DNA of 64,000 nt, from the NCBI GenBank assembly GCA_963662355.1, contig OY759361.1:1386265-1450264 (forward strand). The letters are read 5' to 3'. The notes beneath the pieces are model-generated. The model was given only the letters and a program-made list of their open reading frames with translations, did not search any database and was not told the DNA's origin. The number at the start of each line of letters is the position of its first letter. The stretch's first letter is position 1. The DNA comes from Gammaproteobacteria bacterium (GTDB lineage: Bacteria; Pseudomonadota; Gammaproteobacteria; UBA4575). The position numbers and the translations under genes were made by a program. Below, piece by piece: positions 44,751 through 56,451 of the stretch.

Positions 44751-44771
44751 CTGAATCGCACGGTCTGGACT

Positions 44772-44954
44772 ATGAGTAAACAGTTGAAAGTTACACTGAT
44801 CAAAAGCCTGAATGGAAGGCTTGCTGCGCACAAGGCGTGTGCGCGTGGCTTGGGTATTAGGCGAATTCATAACCAGGTAACGGTTACTGATACACCGGAA
44901 AATCGTGGCATGATCAGGAAAATAGATTACATGTTAAAAGTTGAGGAAGCGTGA
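44772..44954 (+). CDS. rpmD: 50S ribosomal protein L30
   Basis: [17 protein letters not shown]... 60-aa protein. Confidence 0.93.
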   Translation: MSKQLKVTLIKSLNGRLAAHKACARGLGIRRIHNQVTVTDTPENRGMIRKIDYMLKVEEA

Positions 44955-44959
44955 CGGTC

Positions 44960-45403
44960 ATGAAAAGCATGAGCCTGAATAACCTGAAACCGGCCCAGGG
45001 CAGCCGCACCGTGCGCAAGCGTGCAGGACGTGGAATAGGTTCTGGATATGGCAAGACCTGTGGTCGTGGTCATAAAGGTCAGCGCTCGCGTACAGGCGGT
45101 TATCACAAGGTGGGTTTTGAAGGCGGTCAAATGCCGCTGCAAAGGCGTCTGCCCAAGGTAGGGTTTCGTTCACGTAAAACCGGGGATACGGCAGAACTTC
45201 GTGTGTATGAATTGGCTAAGGTGGGCAGTGAACTGGTGGATATTGATGTATTGAAAGACGCTGGACTGGTTCATGCTGAGGCCAAACGTGTCAAGGTTAT
45301 ACTGTCCGGGAAAATTGATGCTGCTGTACATTCCAAAGGCTTGTTGTTTACGGCGGGTGCCAAGAAGGCAGTTGAAGCCGCAGGCGGGAGCATACAGACC
45401 TGA
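44960..45403 (+). CDS. rplO: 50S ribosomal protein L15 (start ambiguous: GTG 44951, ATG 44960 or ATG 44969)
   Basis: ...[36 protein letters not shown]... GAGGAAG lies 9 nt upstream of the ATG at 44960. Confidence 0.9.
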   Translation: MKSMSLNNLKPAQGSRTVRKRAGRGIGSGYGKTCGRGHKGQRSRTGGYHKVGFEGGQMPLQRRLPKVGFRSRKTGDTAELRVYELAKVGSELVDIDVLKDAGLVHAEAKRVKVILSGKIDAAVHSKGLLFTAGAKKAVEAAGGSIQT

Positions 45404-46746
45404 TGGTGCGTGCAAGCGCAAATGCTGTCGGTACTCTTGCAGGGCTGGGAAAGGTAACCGAGCTGCGCAAGCGACTGGTGTTTGTGCTGATTGCATTAAT
45501 AGTGTATCGAATCGGCACATTTATCCCGGTGCCTGGGATAGACCCGGGTGCCATGGCAAGATTCTTTGAACAGCAAAGCAGCACCATTCTTGGGATGTTC
45601 AATATGTTTTCGGGTGGGGCGCTTGAGCGCTTGAGCATATTTGCCCTGGGAATCATGCCGTATATCTCTGCATCCATCATCATGCAATTGATGAGCGCTG
45701 TGATGCCTTCCCTCAAGGAGCTTAAAAAAGAAGGGGAAGCAGGGCGACGCAAGATCACTCAATACACACGTTACGGAACTGTTTTTCTTGCGACTTTTCA
45801 GGCCATTGGTGTCTCCATAGCCTTGCAGAATCAGCAGGTTGCGCTGAACCCGGGAATTGGATTTGTTTTTACTGTAGCAGTGAGTCTGGTAACCGGGACA
45901 ATGTTTTTGATGTGGCTGGGTGAGCAGATTACTGAACGAGGCATAGGGAATGGCATTTCCATCATCATTTTTGCCGGGATTGTTGCGGGGCTGCCTGCGG
46001 CCATCGGTGGCACTCTCGACCTCGTGGCACAGGGTGCAATTGGTGAGGCATTTGCATTGTTCCTATTCCTGATGGCCATTGCTGTTACGGCTATAGTAAT
46101 TTTTGCAGAAAGAGCACAGCGACGGATAACAGTGAACTATGCGCGACGACAACAAGGCAGGAAGATGTATGCAGCACAATCCAGCCATTTACCGCTGAAG
46201 CTCAATATGTCAGGTGTTATTCCTCCTATTTTCGCATCCAGCATTATTCTGTTTCCTGCAACATTATTGCAGTGGTCCAGCAGCTCGACTGGCAGTTTTT
46301 CCTGGTTGCAGAATGTGGCAAATGCAATTTCACCTGGACAGCCGTTATACGTTATGATGTACGCGCTGGCAATTGTGTTCTTTTGCTTCTTTTATACTGC
46401 GATAGTTTTCGATTCACGGGAAACAGCGGATAACCTGAAACGTTCGGGCGCATTTATTCCAGGTATTCGACCTGGAGAGCAGACTGCACGTTACATTGAT
46501 GCTGTGCTTACCCGTTTAACAGCGGTTGGGGCAATCTACATCACGTTAGTCTGCCTGCTACCCGAGTTCCTTATTTTGAAATACAGTGTGCCATTCTATT
46601 TTGGTGGAACTTCATTGCTAATCATTGTTGTCGTTGTGATGGATTTCATGTCACAGGTGCAGGCACATCTGATGTCTCACCAATATGAAGGGCTGATGAA
46701 AAAAGCAAATCTAAAGGGCTATGGGCGGGCCGGAAATATTCGTTGA
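45403..46746 (+). CDS. secY: preprotein translocase subunit SecY
   Basis: The ATG overlaps the rplO stop (TGATG). ...[27 protein letters not shown]...[29 protein letters not shown]. Confidence 0.96.
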   Translation: MVRASANAVGTLAGLGKVTELRKRLVFVLIALIVYRIGTFIPVPGIDPGAMARFFEQQSSTILGMFNMFSGGALERLSIFALGIMPYISASIIMQLMSAVMPSLKELKKEGEAGRRKITQYTRYGTVFLATFQAIGVSIALQNQQVALNPGIGFVFTVAVSLVTGTMFLMWLGEQITERGIGNGISIIIFAGIVAGLPAAIGGTLDLVAQGAIGEAFALFLFLMAIAVTAIVIFAERAQRRITVNYARRQQGRKMYAAQSSHLPLKLNMSGVIPPIFASSIILFPATLLQWSSSSTGSFSWLQNVANAISPGQPLYVMMYALAIVFFCFFYTAIVFDSRETADNLKRSGAFIPGIRPGEQTARYIDAVLTRLTAVGAIYITLVCLLPEFLILKYSVPFYFGGTSLLIIVVVVMDFMSQVQAHLMSHQYEGLMKKANLKGYGRAGNIR

Positions 46747-46762
46747 TCGAAGGGAGATGATG

Positions 46763-46876
46763 ATGAAAGTACGGGCATCAGTAAAAAAAATGTGCAGGAA
46801 CTGCAGGATCATACGCCGTAACAGGGTAGTACGTGTGATATGCACTGATCCCAGGCACAAGCAGCGCCAAGGCTGA
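46763..46876 (+). CDS. rpmJ: 50S ribosomal protein L36 (37 aa; absent from the ORF track because it is under 60 aa)
   Basis: [43 protein letters not shown] lies 6 nt upstream. Three consecutive in-frame ATGs at 46757-46765. Confidence 0.88.
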   Translation: MKVRASVKKMCRNCRIIRRNRVVRVICTDPRHKQRQG

Positions 46877-46977
46877 ATACCTGGATTTGTGGGATTAGGT
46901 ATGTATTTAACTGGCTTGACTGTTAGAATCCGCTGTCGGCAAAAGGCTGCGGATACTATTTTTTCAAGGATATTCTG

Positions 46978-47334
46978 ATGGCTCGTATTTCTGGAATAAA
47001 TGTACCGGTGCACAAGCATGCAGAAATAGCTTTGACTGCAATATTTGGCATCGGGCGCTCAAGATCGCGCAAAATTTGTGCTGCGGCAGGCGTTTCGACA
47101 GGCGCCAAGATCAAGGATCTAAGTGAGGATGAGGTCAGCCGTTTACGCACTGAAGTAGCCAAATATCGTGTGGAAGGAGATTTGCGACGTGAAGTTACTG
47201 TAAATATCAAAAGGCTTATGGACCTTGGAACTTACCGGGGGATACGGCATCGTCGCGGATTACCTTTGCATGGACAGCGTACACGTACCAATGCACGTAC
47301 TCGTAAAGGTCCAAGGCGGCCGATCAAACGGTAA
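46978..47334 (+). CDS. rpsM: 30S ribosomal protein S13
   Basis: [14 protein letters not shown]... with RBS CAAGGA. Confidence 0.95.
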   Translation: MARISGINVPVHKHAEIALTAIFGIGRSRSRKICAAAGVSTGAKIKDLSEDEVSRLRTEVAKYRVEGDLRREVTVNIKRLMDLGTYRGIRHRRGLPLHGQRTRTNARTRKGPRRPIKR

Positions 47335-47356
47335 AACAAACGGGCAAATAGTATCT

Positions 47357-47746
47357 ATGGCAAAAACATCGACACGTACTCGAAAGAAAGTAAAGCGCAC
47401 TGTTACAGATGGCGTGGCGCACATTCATGCGTCGTTTAATAACACCATCGTGACCATTACAGACCGTCAGGGTAATGCTTTGGCATGGGCAACCTCGGGT
47501 GGCTCAGGCTTTCGCGGGTCACGCAAAAGCACTCCATTCGCTGCACAGACTGCTGCACAACGTGCAGGCGAGGAAGCATTGGAGTATGGCCTGAAATACC
47601 TGGAGATAAGAATCAAGGGGCCGGGTCCTGGGCGAGAATCAGCAGTACGTGCACTAAATGCGATAGGCTACAAGATTACCAATATAAATGATGTAACCCC
47701 GATTCCGCACAACGGGTGCCGTCCCCCCAAACGTCGCCGAGTATAA
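47357..47746 (+). CDS. rpsK: 30S ribosomal protein S11
   Basis: The internal ATG giving [16 protein letters not shown] fits S11 at 129 aa. The longer track ORF from 47225 overlaps the rpsM 3' end. Confidence 0.92.
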   Translation: MAKTSTRTRKKVKRTVTDGVAHIHASFNNTIVTITDRQGNALAWATSGGSGFRGSRKSTPFAAQTAAQRAGEEALEYGLKYLEIRIKGPGPGRESAVRALNAIGYKITNINDVTPIPHNGCRPPKRRRV

Positions 47747-47757
47747 GGTACAGCAAC

Positions 47758-48378
47758 ATGGCACGTTATTTGGGACCCAAGTGTAAAGTCAGCAGACGTG
47801 AAGGTACGGACTTATTCTTAAAGAGCAGGGCACGTCCGCTTGATTCAAAATGTAAAATTGACAAGCTGCCAGGTCAGCATGGTGACAAGCGCAGCCGAAC
47901 ATCCAACTATGGGATGCAATTGCGTGAAAAACAGAAGTTACGCCGTATCTATGGCATCCTGGAGCGTCAATTCCGAAACTATTACAAGAAGGCTTCTCGT
48001 CTAAAAGGCTCTACTGGCGAGAATTTGTTAAAGCTTCTTGAATGCAGACTGGATAATGTTGCTTACCGCATGGGCTTTGGTGTCACGCGAGCGGAGTGCA
48101 GACAACTTGTTTGTCATAAGGCAATAGAAGTAAACGGAGTCGTTGTAAACATACCTTCCTACCAAGTGTCTCCGGATGATGAAGTAACTGTTGTTGAGAA
48201 ATCCAGAAAACAGCTGCGAATACAGGAAGCATTGAATGCAGCGGATCAAATAGGATTGCCTGACTGGGTTGAAGTAGATATCAAGAAGATGCAGGGCAAG
48301 TTCAAGTCAGTTCCGGAACGTGATGATTTACCGCCAGATATCAATGAGTCTCTCGTAGTTGAGTTGTATTCGAAGTAA
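47758..48378 (+). CDS. rpsD: 30S ribosomal protein S4
   Basis: [23 protein letters not shown]... 206 aa, the same length as E. coli S4. Confidence 0.95.
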   Translation: MARYLGPKCKVSRREGTDLFLKSRARPLDSKCKIDKLPGQHGDKRSRTSNYGMQLREKQKLRRIYGILERQFRNYYKKASRLKGSTGENLLKLLECRLDNVAYRMGFGVTRAECRQLVCHKAIEVNGVVVNIPSYQVSPDDEVTVVEKSRKQLRIQEALNAADQIGLPDWVEVDIKKMQGKFKSVPERDDLPPDINESLVVELYSK

Positions 48379-48401
48379 TTAGTGTTAAGGGGTTATTGTA
48401 G

Positions 48402-49391
48402 ATGGGTGCAAATGAGTTGCTGAAACCAAGAGTCGTTGATGTCCAGGTAACAGACGAGTGCCATGCCAAAGTTGTACTGGAGCCCCTGGACCGTGGTTTT
48501 GGGCATACGCTTGGCAATGCGTTGAGACGGATACTGCTATCGTCCATACCCGGTTGTGCAGTAGTAGAGGCTCAAATTGACGGCGTGCTGCATGAATACA
48601 CGGCAATTGAAGGTGTGCAGGAAGATGTAGTCGATGTACTGTTGAACCTGAAAGGGATTGCAGTCGTCATGCACGAAAGATCAGAAGCCACACTAACTTT
48701 ATATAAAAAGGGACCGGGGATTGCCACTGCTGGAGATATTGAAGTTGACCATGACGTCGAAATCATCAATAAGGACCATGTCATCGCACATTTGACCGAA
48801 AGGGGTTCACTGAACATGACCCTGAAAGTTGCCAAAGGTCGAGGGTATCAGCCTGCAGCACAACGCAGGAATGATGAAGACCGTGCTATTGGTTCATTGC
48901 TTCTTGATGCAAGCTTCAGCCCGGTGCGCCGGGTCGCATATTCGGTAGAAAGTGCACGTGTAGAACAGCGCACAGATTTGGATAAACTGATTTTTGACCT
49001 GGAGACAAACGGTACGGTCAATCCAGAGAAAACTATTCGCAAGGCAGCGGGCGTGCTGCAGCAACAGTTATCTGTATTTGTGGATTTGCAAGGAGATGAA
49101 CAGGTGGAACCAGATGATGCAGAGCCTGAAATTGATCCAATCCTGATACGTCCGGTCGACGATCTGGAACTCACGGTTCGTTCTGCTAACTGCTTGAAAG
49201 CGGAGAAAATATACTATATCGGTGATCTTATTCAACGTACCGAAGTGGAATTGCTGAGAACTCCTAATCTGGGCAAAAAGTCCTTAACGGAAATTAAGGA
49301 TGTGCTGGGTACGCACGGCCTGTCACTTGGGATGCGCCTGGAAAACTGGCCTCCTGTCAATTTGCGAGAAGACCGGAAGGTATTCGTTTAA
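48402..49391 (+). CDS. rpoA: DNA-directed RNA polymerase subunit alpha
   Basis: ...LKPRVVDVQ...[29 protein letters not shown]... Confidence 0.96.
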   Translation: MGANELLKPRVVDVQVTDECHAKVVLEPLDRGFGHTLGNALRRILLSSIPGCAVVEAQIDGVLHEYTAIEGVQEDVVDVLLNLKGIAVVMHERSEATLTLYKKGPGIATAGDIEVDHDVEIINKDHVIAHLTERGSLNMTLKVAKGRGYQPAAQRRNDEDRAIGSLLLDASFSPVRRVAYSVESARVEQRTDLDKLIFDLETNGTVNPEKTIRKAAGVLQQQLSVFVDLQGDEQVEPDDAEPEIDPILIRPVDDLELTVRSANCLKAEKIYYIGDLIQRTEVELLRTPNLGKKSLTEIKDVLGTHGLSLGMRLENWPPVNLREDRKVFV

Positions 49392-49412
49392 CTGGATGGA
49401 CCGGATAGAAAC

Positions 49413-49784
49413 ATGAGACATCGTCAGTCAGGACGTCGGTTAAACAGGAATAGCCCTCATCGCAAGGCGATGATGAGCAACATGACGAATTCACTATTCT
49501 CGCATGAAGCCATCCGAACAACCTTGCCCAAGGCAAAGGAACTGCGCCGTTATGCAGAACCTCTGATCACACTGGCAAAAGAAGACAGTGTTGCACGACG
49601 CCGTCAGGCATTTTCCAGGTTGCGCGATAAAGCAAGTGTTGGGAAACTGTTTTCAGAACTTGGGCCTCGCTACAAGGAAAGGCCAGGCGGGTATACCCGT
49701 ATTTTGAAATGTGGATTTCGCCCAGGTGACAATGCACCTATGGCACTGGTAGAGCTTGTAGACCGCCCGGTTGAAGAAGAATAG
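49413..49784 (+). CDS. rplQ: 50S ribosomal protein L17
   Basis: [24 protein letters not shown]... Confidence 0.95.
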   Translation: MRHRQSGRRLNRNSPHRKAMMSNMTNSLFSHEAIRTTLPKAKELRRYAEPLITLAKEDSVARRRQAFSRLRDKASVGKLFSELGPRYKERPGGYTRILKCGFRPGDNAPMALVELVDRPVEEE

Positions 49785-49806
49785 CAGGTCGATTGATAAT
49801 GTATCC

Positions 49807-49832
49807 AAGCCAGGTGAGACCTGGCTTTTTTG
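49807..49832 (+). terminator. rho-independent terminator after rplQ
   Basis: AAGCCAGGT-GAG-ACCTGGCTT (9-bp stem) followed by TTTTT(G). Confidence 0.8.
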
Positions 49833-49868
49833 TCTGCGCTAATAAAAGGCTCCCAGCTCCGTACAGCC

Positions 49869-50600
49869 ATGCGACCGATAGTTTTAGCAACAGACTACGG
49901 GCCATCAGGTGCCTATGTCGGCCAGCTCAAATCAGCCATTTACAGCATTGCACCTGAGGCAAAAGTGATCGACCTGGTTCACGAATTGCCAGCAATGAAC
50001 CCCAGGGCTTCTGCATATGTGCTCGCAAGCCTTCTGGAGCATATCCCTGAACGATCCGTTGTTGTGGGTGTAGTGGACCCCGGAGTCGGGTCCGACCGGG
50101 CTCCAGTTGTACTGGAAGGAGACGGGTATACCTTTACAGGACCTGATAATGGCCTGTTTTCCATCGTGTCCAGAAAGCTGTCTGAAATTGGGTTGTTTGA
50201 AATCCTTTTATCAAAAGAACCTATATCCAAAACGTTTCATGGGCGAGATATTTTTGCACCTGTTGCTGCACAAATTGTTTCCGGCTCGAACCCAGAATTG
50301 AAATCCGTGTCTGCTGAAGCACTTGTCGGAGTCGAATGGCCGGATAATCTCTATGAAATTATACAGATTGACCACTTTGGCAATGGGTTGACAGGGGTTA
50401 CCTTTCATTCATCTAATGTCGAGCAGGTATTGGAAGTCAATGGTCAGGCCATCAGGTATGCCGAGGCTTTCTATTGCGTGGAAAAGGGAGAGGGTTTCTG
50501 GTACTGCAATTCAAACAATCTTGTTGAAATAGCGGTTAATGGTGGATCGGCCGCAGAAAAATTTCAACTGTCAATCGGGGACAAGATTATTCTAAATTAG
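49869..50600 (+). CDS. SAM hydroxide adenosyltransferase-family protein (DUF62 / SalL-fluorinase-like fold)
   Basis: ATG start giving MRPIVLATDYGPSGAYVGQLK (the family's N-terminal TD(F/Y)G...YVG block). The ORF-track start at 49830 lies inside the terminator. Confidence 0.7.
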   Translation: MRPIVLATDYGPSGAYVGQLKSAIYSIAPEAKVIDLVHELPAMNPRASAYVLASLLEHIPERSVVVGVVDPGVGSDRAPVVLEGDGYTFTGPDNGLFSIVSRKLSEIGLFEILLSKEPISKTFHGRDIFAPVAAQIVSGSNPELKSVSAEALVGVEWPDNLYEIIQIDHFGNGLTGVTFHSSNVEQVLEVNGQAIRYAEAFYCVEKGEGFWYCNSNNLVEIAVNGGSAAEKFQLSIGDKIILN

Positions 50601-50682
50601 GCTATCAAATGTGTCGCGGGGCATGAGTAGGCGGCTGTTTTTGTAATCATGAATAAGGATAAATCGAAGTTGTATGCATGCG

Positions 50683-53553
50683 CTACGAGGCTATGGTCAA
50701 ATCTGGTGTACTGTCACTGCTTGGAAAGTGATTGGAAAAAATCTGTTTCAAGTATTGGCCGGTAAATGATTTTTTTGAAAAGGCGACTTTTTCCGGTGGC
50801 CCAACTGCGATAACTTGGCCACCCCGGTTACCTCCTTCAGGACCCAAATCGATAATCCAGTCAGCAGTTTTGACAATATCAAGGTTATGTTCGATGACTA
50901 TGATTGTATTTCCCTGGTCTCGCAAATAATGCAATACATTCAATAGCTGTTCGACGTCATGAAAATGAAGACCTGTAGTGGGCTCGTCCAGTAAATAAAG
51001 TGTTTTTCCAGTACTGCGCTTGGATAATTCTCGTGACAGTTTCACGCGCTGGGCTTCCCCACCTGACAATGTTGTAGCACTTTGCCCCAATGTGATGTAC
51101 GAGAGGCCAACGTCCATCAATGTTTGCAATCTGCGTTTGACAACAGGAATTGCTTCAAAAAAAATGAAAGCATCTTCAACGGTCATTTCCAGTACTTGGT
51201 GGATATTTTTGCCTTTGTAACGTATTTCCAGTGTTTCACGATTGTAGCGTTTTCCTTGACATACATCGCACGGAACAAAAATATCCGGCAGAAAGTGCAT
51301 TTCCACTTTGATTACACCGTCCCCACGGCATGCTTCACAGCGGCCACCTTTAACATTGAAGCTGAAGCGGCCTGGTGCATAGCCGCGTGACCGCGCTTCA
51401 GGGATGTTTGCAAACAGTTCACGTATGGGGGTGAACAGACCTGTGTACGTGGCAGGGTTGGAGCGAGGAGTGCGTCCGATTGGGTTCTGGTCAATGTCCA
51501 CCACCTTGTCAATTTGTTCCAGTCCCTGAATTTCAGTGCATGCTGCAGGAAGAGTGCCAGAGTTGTGTAGATAGCGCATGCAATACCTGTACAAAGTGTC
51601 ATTCACCAAAGTCGATTTTCCTGAACCGGAAACGCCCGTTACTACTGTCATTAATCCCAAAGGAATACTTACTGTAATATCCTGCAGGTTGTTGCCGTGT
51701 GCCTGAATGACCCTGATGGCTTTATTCTTTTGGAATGGCAGGCGAATCTTCGGTAGCGGAATCGTGCGTTTTCCAGACAGGTATTGTCCGGTCAGTGAGG
51801 CTGGATTTTTTTCAATCTCAGTCGGCGTGCCTTGAGCTACAAGCCTGCCACCATGAATGCCTGCCCCTGGTCCCATGTCAACAACATGGTCAGCACTTCG
51901 TATCGCTTCTTCGTCATGCTCAACCACAATCACGGTATTACCGAGGTCCCGCAGGTAGTACAGAGTTTTGATAAGGCGTCTGTTGTCACGCTGGTGCAGA
52001 CCTATTGAGGGTTCATCCAGTATGTACATGACACCTGTCAGTCCCGAGCCAATCTGGCTGGCAAGTCGGATACGTTGTAATTCTCCGCCCGATAATGTAT
52101 CTGCTGTACGATCGAGAGCCAGATAGTCTAGGCCGACATTCACAAGAAACCCAAGGCGTTGCATGATTTCATGGATGATTTTTTCACCAACCGTGACAAG
52201 ATGGCCGGAAAGGCTGAGGCTGCTAAAGAAGTCAAGCGCATCTTCCGTAGACCATGAAGTGACTGTCGGGAGATTGTAGTTATTGATGAATACGTGGCGT
52301 GCTTCGGTGTTTAACCGGTCGCCGTTGCATGCCTGGCAAACCTGTGTTGTAAGGAATTTGCTTAGTTCTTCACGAACAGCACTTGATCCGGTTTCATGGA
52401 AACGCCGTTCCATGTTGGGAATAATGCCTTCGAATGTGTGCAGGCGCAGATAGGACTTTCCTTTTTCATTCGTGTATTTGAACTGAATCACTTCATCTTC
52501 GCTGCCGTACAAAATGATGTCCCTGATTTTTTTATCCAGTTCGCCCCAGGGGATCTCGATTTCAAATCCGTAATGCCTTGCAAGTGATTGAATTAAATTA
52601 AAGTAATATGGATTTCTCCGGTCCCAGCCACGAATTGCACCTCCAGCCAAGCTGATTTTTTGATTCATGATCACGAGCTCAGGGTCAAAAAACTCCTCCA
52701 CACCCAGACCATCACACGCTGAGCATGCGCCCATCGGGTTATTGAAAGAAAAAAGTCGAGGCTCCAGTTCACTCAAGCTGTAACCGCATTTTGGGCATGC
52801 AAATTTTGCCGAGAACACCAGTTCAACTTCACCAGGGTTGTCCATTGACTGGACAATGGCTATACCGTCGGCAAGTTTGAGTGCTGTCTCAAAAGATTCC
52901 GCCAGCCGAAGCCTCATATCTTCCCTCACTTTAAATCTGTCCACGATGACTTCAATCGTGTGCTTGCGCCTCAGCCCAAGCTTGGGTACCACGTCCAGTT
53001 CGTATACTTCGTTGTCAATGCGTGCACGGGAAAAGCCTTGGGCTTGTAGCCTTGCTAAAACCTGTGCATGTTCACCTTTGCGGTTTTGTATGATAGGTGC
53101 CAGAAGCATCAGTTTTTTTCCGTTTTCCAATGACAAGACTTTGTCCACCATCTGACTGATAGTTTGTGTATGCAGGTCGATGTGATGGGTTGGACAGCGT
53201 GGTATACCGGCACGTGCATAAAGCAGGCGGAGATAGTCATTGATTTCAGTGATGGTCCCGACCGTTGACCGCGGATTGTGCGAGCTTGATTTTTGTTCGA
53301 TGGAAATGGAAGGTGACAATCCGTCAATGGAATCTATGTCTGGCTTTTCCATGCGTGCCAGGAACTGACGCGCATAGGCCGACAGAGATTCGACGTATCT
53401 GCGCTGGCCTTCCGCAAAAATCGTATCAAAAGCTAGTGATGACTTCCCTGAGCCTGATAGGCCTGTAATGACAATAAGTTCATCGCGAGGAATGTCAATA
53501 TCGATATTTTGAAGATTATGTGTCCGTGCACCCCGGATGCTGATTTGTTTCAT
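50683..53553 (-). CDS. uvrA: excinuclease ABC subunit UvrA
   Basis: [65 protein letters not shown], duplicated ABC ATPase modules, and zinc-finger cysteines. A GTG 21 nt upstream (53574) is an alternative start. Confidence 0.96.
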   Translation of the reverse strand: MKQISIRGARTHNLQNIDIDIPRDELIVITGLSGSGKSSLAFDTIFAEGQRRYVESLSAYARQFLARMEKPDIDSIDGLSPSISIEQKSSSHNPRSTVGTITEINDYLRLLYARAGIPRCPTHHIDLHTQTISQMVDKVLSLENGKKLMLLAPIIQNRKGEHAQVLARLQAQGFSRARIDNEVYELDVVPKLGLRRKHTIEVIVDRFKVREDMRLRLAESFETALKLADGIAIVQSMDNPGEVELVFSAKFACPKCGYSLSELEPRLFSFNNPMGACSACDGLGVEEFFDPELVIMNQKISLAGGAIRGWDRRNPYYFNLIQSLARHYGFEIEIPWGELDKKIRDIILYGSEDEVIQFKYTNEKGKSYLRLHTFEGIIPNMERRFHETGSSAVREELSKFLTTQVCQACNGDRLNTEARHVFINNYNLPTVTSWSTEDALDFFSSLSLSGHLVTVGEKIIHEIMQRLGFLVNVGLDYLALDRTADTLSGGELQRIRLASQIGSGLTGVMYILDEPSIGLHQRDNRRLIKTLYYLRDLGNTVIVVEHDEEAIRSADHVVDMGPGAGIHGGRLVAQGTPTEIEKNPASLTGQYLSGKRTIPLPKIRLPFQKNKAIRVIQAHGNNLQDITVSIPLGLMTVVTGVSGSGKSTLVNDTLYRYCMRYLHNSGTLPAACTEIQGLEQIDKVVDIDQNPIGRTPRSNPATYTGLFTPIRELFANIPEARSRGYAPGRFSFNVKGGRCEACRGDGVIKVEMHFLPDIFVPCDVCQGKRYNRETLEIRYKGKNIHQVLEMTVEDAFIFFEAIPVVKRRLQTLMDVGLSYITLGQSATTLSGGEAQRVKLSRELSKRSTGKTLYLLDEPTTGLHFHDVEQLLNVLHYLRDQGNTIIVIEHNLDIVKTADWIIDLGPEGGNRGGQVIAVGPPEKVAFSKKSFTGQYLKQIFSNHFPSSDSTPDLTIAS

Positions 53554-53946
53554 AATTTCAATTGTGGCCGACACAATAAATCAATGCACGTGTTTGCTCA
53601 CCCGGGATGCAAAGCATGAGTATTCTAAGCTTCAGAAATAACTTGTTACACGCTGGATTATATATGATTGTGCCGGTACGAGAGTGTGTTGAACGTTTTT
53701 GACATCGTGTCGTGATGTAATAGATGTGATTACAAACACGGGTGTGGGCAAGGATACTAGCCATAGTATATTGCACAAACGAATGTTACAGGTCTGTATG
53801 CCAGTATGATGCGTAACTTGGTCACGTGAAGCTGAACGTTTGAGACTTTTGAGCTAATCGGGATAACTGCCCTTGCAGCACTGTTTTTGCTGCTTGTGTA
53901 CTGGGAAGGCTCCCGCAGGCTTGAAGTTGAAGGTCACATAAGCAGG

Positions 53947-54840
53947 CTACACAGCACGCATGGAAGGATGGAAAACCTGTTTCAGCACGGAATTGATGCG
54001 TTTGCGCACACTGAATCCGCCTGAACTCCAAAAGCTCAATACATACCACCAGTACGCTTTGTATTCTTCTCCCAGGTATAGCTGCAGCAGCTTTTGTCGT
54101 GAGAGTCCGCACACGCTCAATCTGACCAAACATTTCAGATCAAAAAACCGTTTCAAAGCTTTCGGCAAGGTGCGGGCAGATGTACAACGGTCATTGTCGA
54201 TCAAAGTGAATCTTGCGTTATTGATGTTCTCTGTACCGAGTTCGGTTACATCTTGATAGTTCAAGTTGGTCAAAATGTTTCCGCCATGCGGGTCATCGTG
54301 ACGGATGTTGGCTGCATGAATTTTCTTGACGATTTCAACGCATCGAATAGCGATTGTGTTGACCAGTTCATCCTTGTTGGGCCCGTTGGATTGGTCGATG
54401 TTGTTGCACAGTTCAGATACGGTAAGCTTATCCTCAACTTTTTGATATAGGATGTAACTTTTACGATTTAGCCATGACCGCTTGAAGGTCCAGTAGGCAA
54501 TCGGTTTGATTGTGTCGACGTTGGCATGGTGCAGACGCATGCTGCCAATATAGCTTCTATAGTTATAATCCTTGAACAAGCTTGTAATGAAAAGATTTAC
54601 TTTTCTTCGAAACCTGTAGTCCTCACTGATCTGGGAAACCTTCATGATCACATTGCAGCCAGTCGGCAAATAGTAGAAGCAATACAGCTTGTTTCGTTTT
54701 CTACTTTTCTTGCCAAGCAGCAATTCGGTTGTTTCGCATTTGAGGAAGTGTTTGTCCTGTATCCATTGCTCCGTCAATTTATGTGACGGAAAGGCCTTGC
54801 TAGTCAGGAGTTTTCCATGTGAATAGGTCTGCTTATTCAC
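53947..54840 (-). CDS. lipopolysaccharide kinase (Kdo/WaaP/InaA) family protein kinase-fold protein
   Basis: The motif KIHAANIRHDDPHGGNIL matches the family's catalytic loop (H.GD..GN(I/L)). GTG start. Confidence 0.65.
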   Translation of the reverse strand: MNKQTYSHGKLLTSKAFPSHKLTEQWIQDKHFLKCETTELLLGKKSRKRNKLYCFYYLPTGCNVIMKVSQISEDYRFRRKVNLFITSLFKDYNYRSYIGSMRLHHANVDTIKPIAYWTFKRSWLNRKSYILYQKVEDKLTVSELCNNIDQSNGPNKDELVNTIAIRCVEIVKKIHAANIRHDDPHGGNILTNLNYQDVTELGTENINNARFTLIDNDRCTSARTLPKALKRFFDLKCLVRLSVCGLSRQKLLQLYLGEEYKAYWWYVLSFWSSGGFSVRKRINSVLKQVFHPSMRAV

Positions 54841-54841
54841 T

Positions 54842-54872
54842 TTGTAGGCTGCTTTTCCAGGTGGGCTATAAT
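54842..54872 (+). promoter_or_regulatory. candidate sigma70 promoter (TTGTAG-19-TATAAT) in the divergent kinase-kinase spacer
   Basis: TTGTAG at 54842-54847 and TATAAT at 54867-54872. The 19-nt spacing is sub-optimal. Confidence 0.25.
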
Positions 54873-54949
54873 GGCGTAATAGGTGCTGGGGGATACGAGT
54901 TGAATTTTACAGCTTTGCCTGTACGAGTTCAAAAAATGCCTATTTTGCT

Positions 54950-55636
54950 ATGGTCATATTCAAGAACATGAACACTTTAAAGGCACTTGAGATTGAGTTG
55001 CAACAGGATCTTATTTTGCCGGATGAAGTACAGGTAACAGGCTTTCTTGGGAGAGGCAGACGCTCTTTTTCCTACAAGGGTGAATACAACAGAAAGGATG
55101 TCGTTATCAAGGTATATCGAAAAGAGTTTATCGAAAAGTATCGCAGAAAATGCAATATTGACATTGCTGAATTTGAGTTTGAACGCAATTCTATTTTGTA
55201 TGCCATTGATGCGATAAGACCCTACATTGCTATTCCGTACAAGAAATTTCCACACGGCAGCGGCTTTACACATTCGTTTGTACAAGAGTATGTGGATGGC
55301 ATCACGCTCAAGCAGTTGATTTTCAGGTCAGGGTATCTCCCTGAGGAAGTTTTAGCGGCCGGCTATGAGATTGTCAGGTCTGCTGAAGCATATGGAGTAC
55401 ATGATATAGATATCAGTATGGCAAACATTATAGTGATTCAAAGGAAGGGAGTTTGGATGCCCAGGCTGTATGATTTCAATATACTGCCACAGCATATGAG
55501 CCCCCCCAATCCGTTTATAGCATTCGGTATCAAAGCGGGCTTGTGCAAAAAGTCGCGCAGGGACTATAGGAGTCTGAGGAGCTGGAAACGGGCAGGAGAA
55601 CAGCAACAACTGTCTGGAACAGCTGTGAGGGACTAG
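54950..55636 (+). CDS. small protein-kinase-fold protein (Kdo/WaaP- or RIO-like)
   Basis: Gly-rich loop GRGRRSFSYKG plus VVIKVYRK (candidate ATP-binding Lys), VHDIDISMANIIV (an HxD...N catalytic loop), and LYDFN (DFG-like). Confidence 0.6.
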   Translation: MVIFKNMNTLKALEIELQQDLILPDEVQVTGFLGRGRRSFSYKGEYNRKDVVIKVYRKEFIEKYRRKCNIDIAEFEFERNSILYAIDAIRPYIAIPYKKFPHGSGFTHSFVQEYVDGITLKQLIFRSGYLPEEVLAAGYEIVRSAEAYGVHDIDISMANIIVIQRKGVWMPRLYDFNILPQHMSPPNPFIAFGIKAGLCKKSRRDYRSLRSWKRAGEQQQLSGTAVRD

Positions 55637-55792
55637 TTGCCATAGACCTTGGTTGTCCTGTCGTTCATAACTGACTGCATTTGTATATTATTTGTTCAAA
55701 ATTTGTGGGGAATCCAATTTTAAATATGCTCTGCTTGATATTTTCGTAAAATACAACGGAGCCCTTATAAATACATCCAACAGGACATTGAA

Positions 55793-56227
55793 ATGGCAAG
55801 AGGCATAAACAAAGCGATATTGATTGGTCATCTTGGGCAGAACCCCGAGGTGAAGTACACGCCAAGCGGCCAGGCCGTATGCAATATTAGCGTGGCTACG
55901 ACTGAATCTTGGAATGATAAGAATACAGGTGAAAAAGTAGAGAGAACTGAGTGGCACCGTGTAGTGTTTTTTCGCAGGTTGGCAGAAATTGCAGGTGAGT
56001 ACCTGAGAAAAGGTTCACAGGTCTATGTGGAAGGAAGATTACAAACCCGCAAATGGCAGGACCAAGGCGGTAATGAACGCTACACTACTGAAATTGTTGC
56101 CAACGATATGCAGATGCTGGGCAGCAAGGGGAGTACAACGACAATGCAAGAGGTCCCGAAATCAGATTCGGGACAAGCCACTGCCAACTCACCAGCTGAT
56201 GATTTTGACGACGATATTCCTTTCTAG
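55793..56227 (+). CDS. ssb: single-stranded DNA-binding protein
   Basis: [29 protein letters not shown]...TEWHRVVFF... and an acidic C-terminal tail ending DDDIPF. Confidence 0.96.
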   Translation: MARGINKAILIGHLGQNPEVKYTPSGQAVCNISVATTESWNDKNTGEKVERTEWHRVVFFRRLAEIAGEYLRKGSQVYVEGRLQTRKWQDQGGNERYTTEIVANDMQMLGSKGSTTTMQEVPKSDSGQATANSPADDFDDDIPF

Positions 56228-56451
56228 ACAGTGGCCAGATACATAAAGAAGAAATTTAATCGCACTTGATTTAGCCTGACTTGCTTAAGCCTGGGCCTAG
56301 GCTCTTAGTTCTGGCTGGAATCTGCTTGGAAATTCCAGACATGATACCCAGTGATGCATTGGGCTGCAGTTTTGGGGTTGTTACAGGCTTGGCTCGTGAG
56401 AAAAATTACAAGCACTGAATGTGCTTTGGGTGGAGATAGATTGACCGGCGA

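Noticed and set aside
53644-53666. Possible LexA (SOS) box CTGGATTATATATGATTGTG upstream of uvrA
   Set aside because: It has an alternating AT core but does not satisfy the CTGT-N8-ACAG palindrome. Without a scoring matrix this is not supportable.
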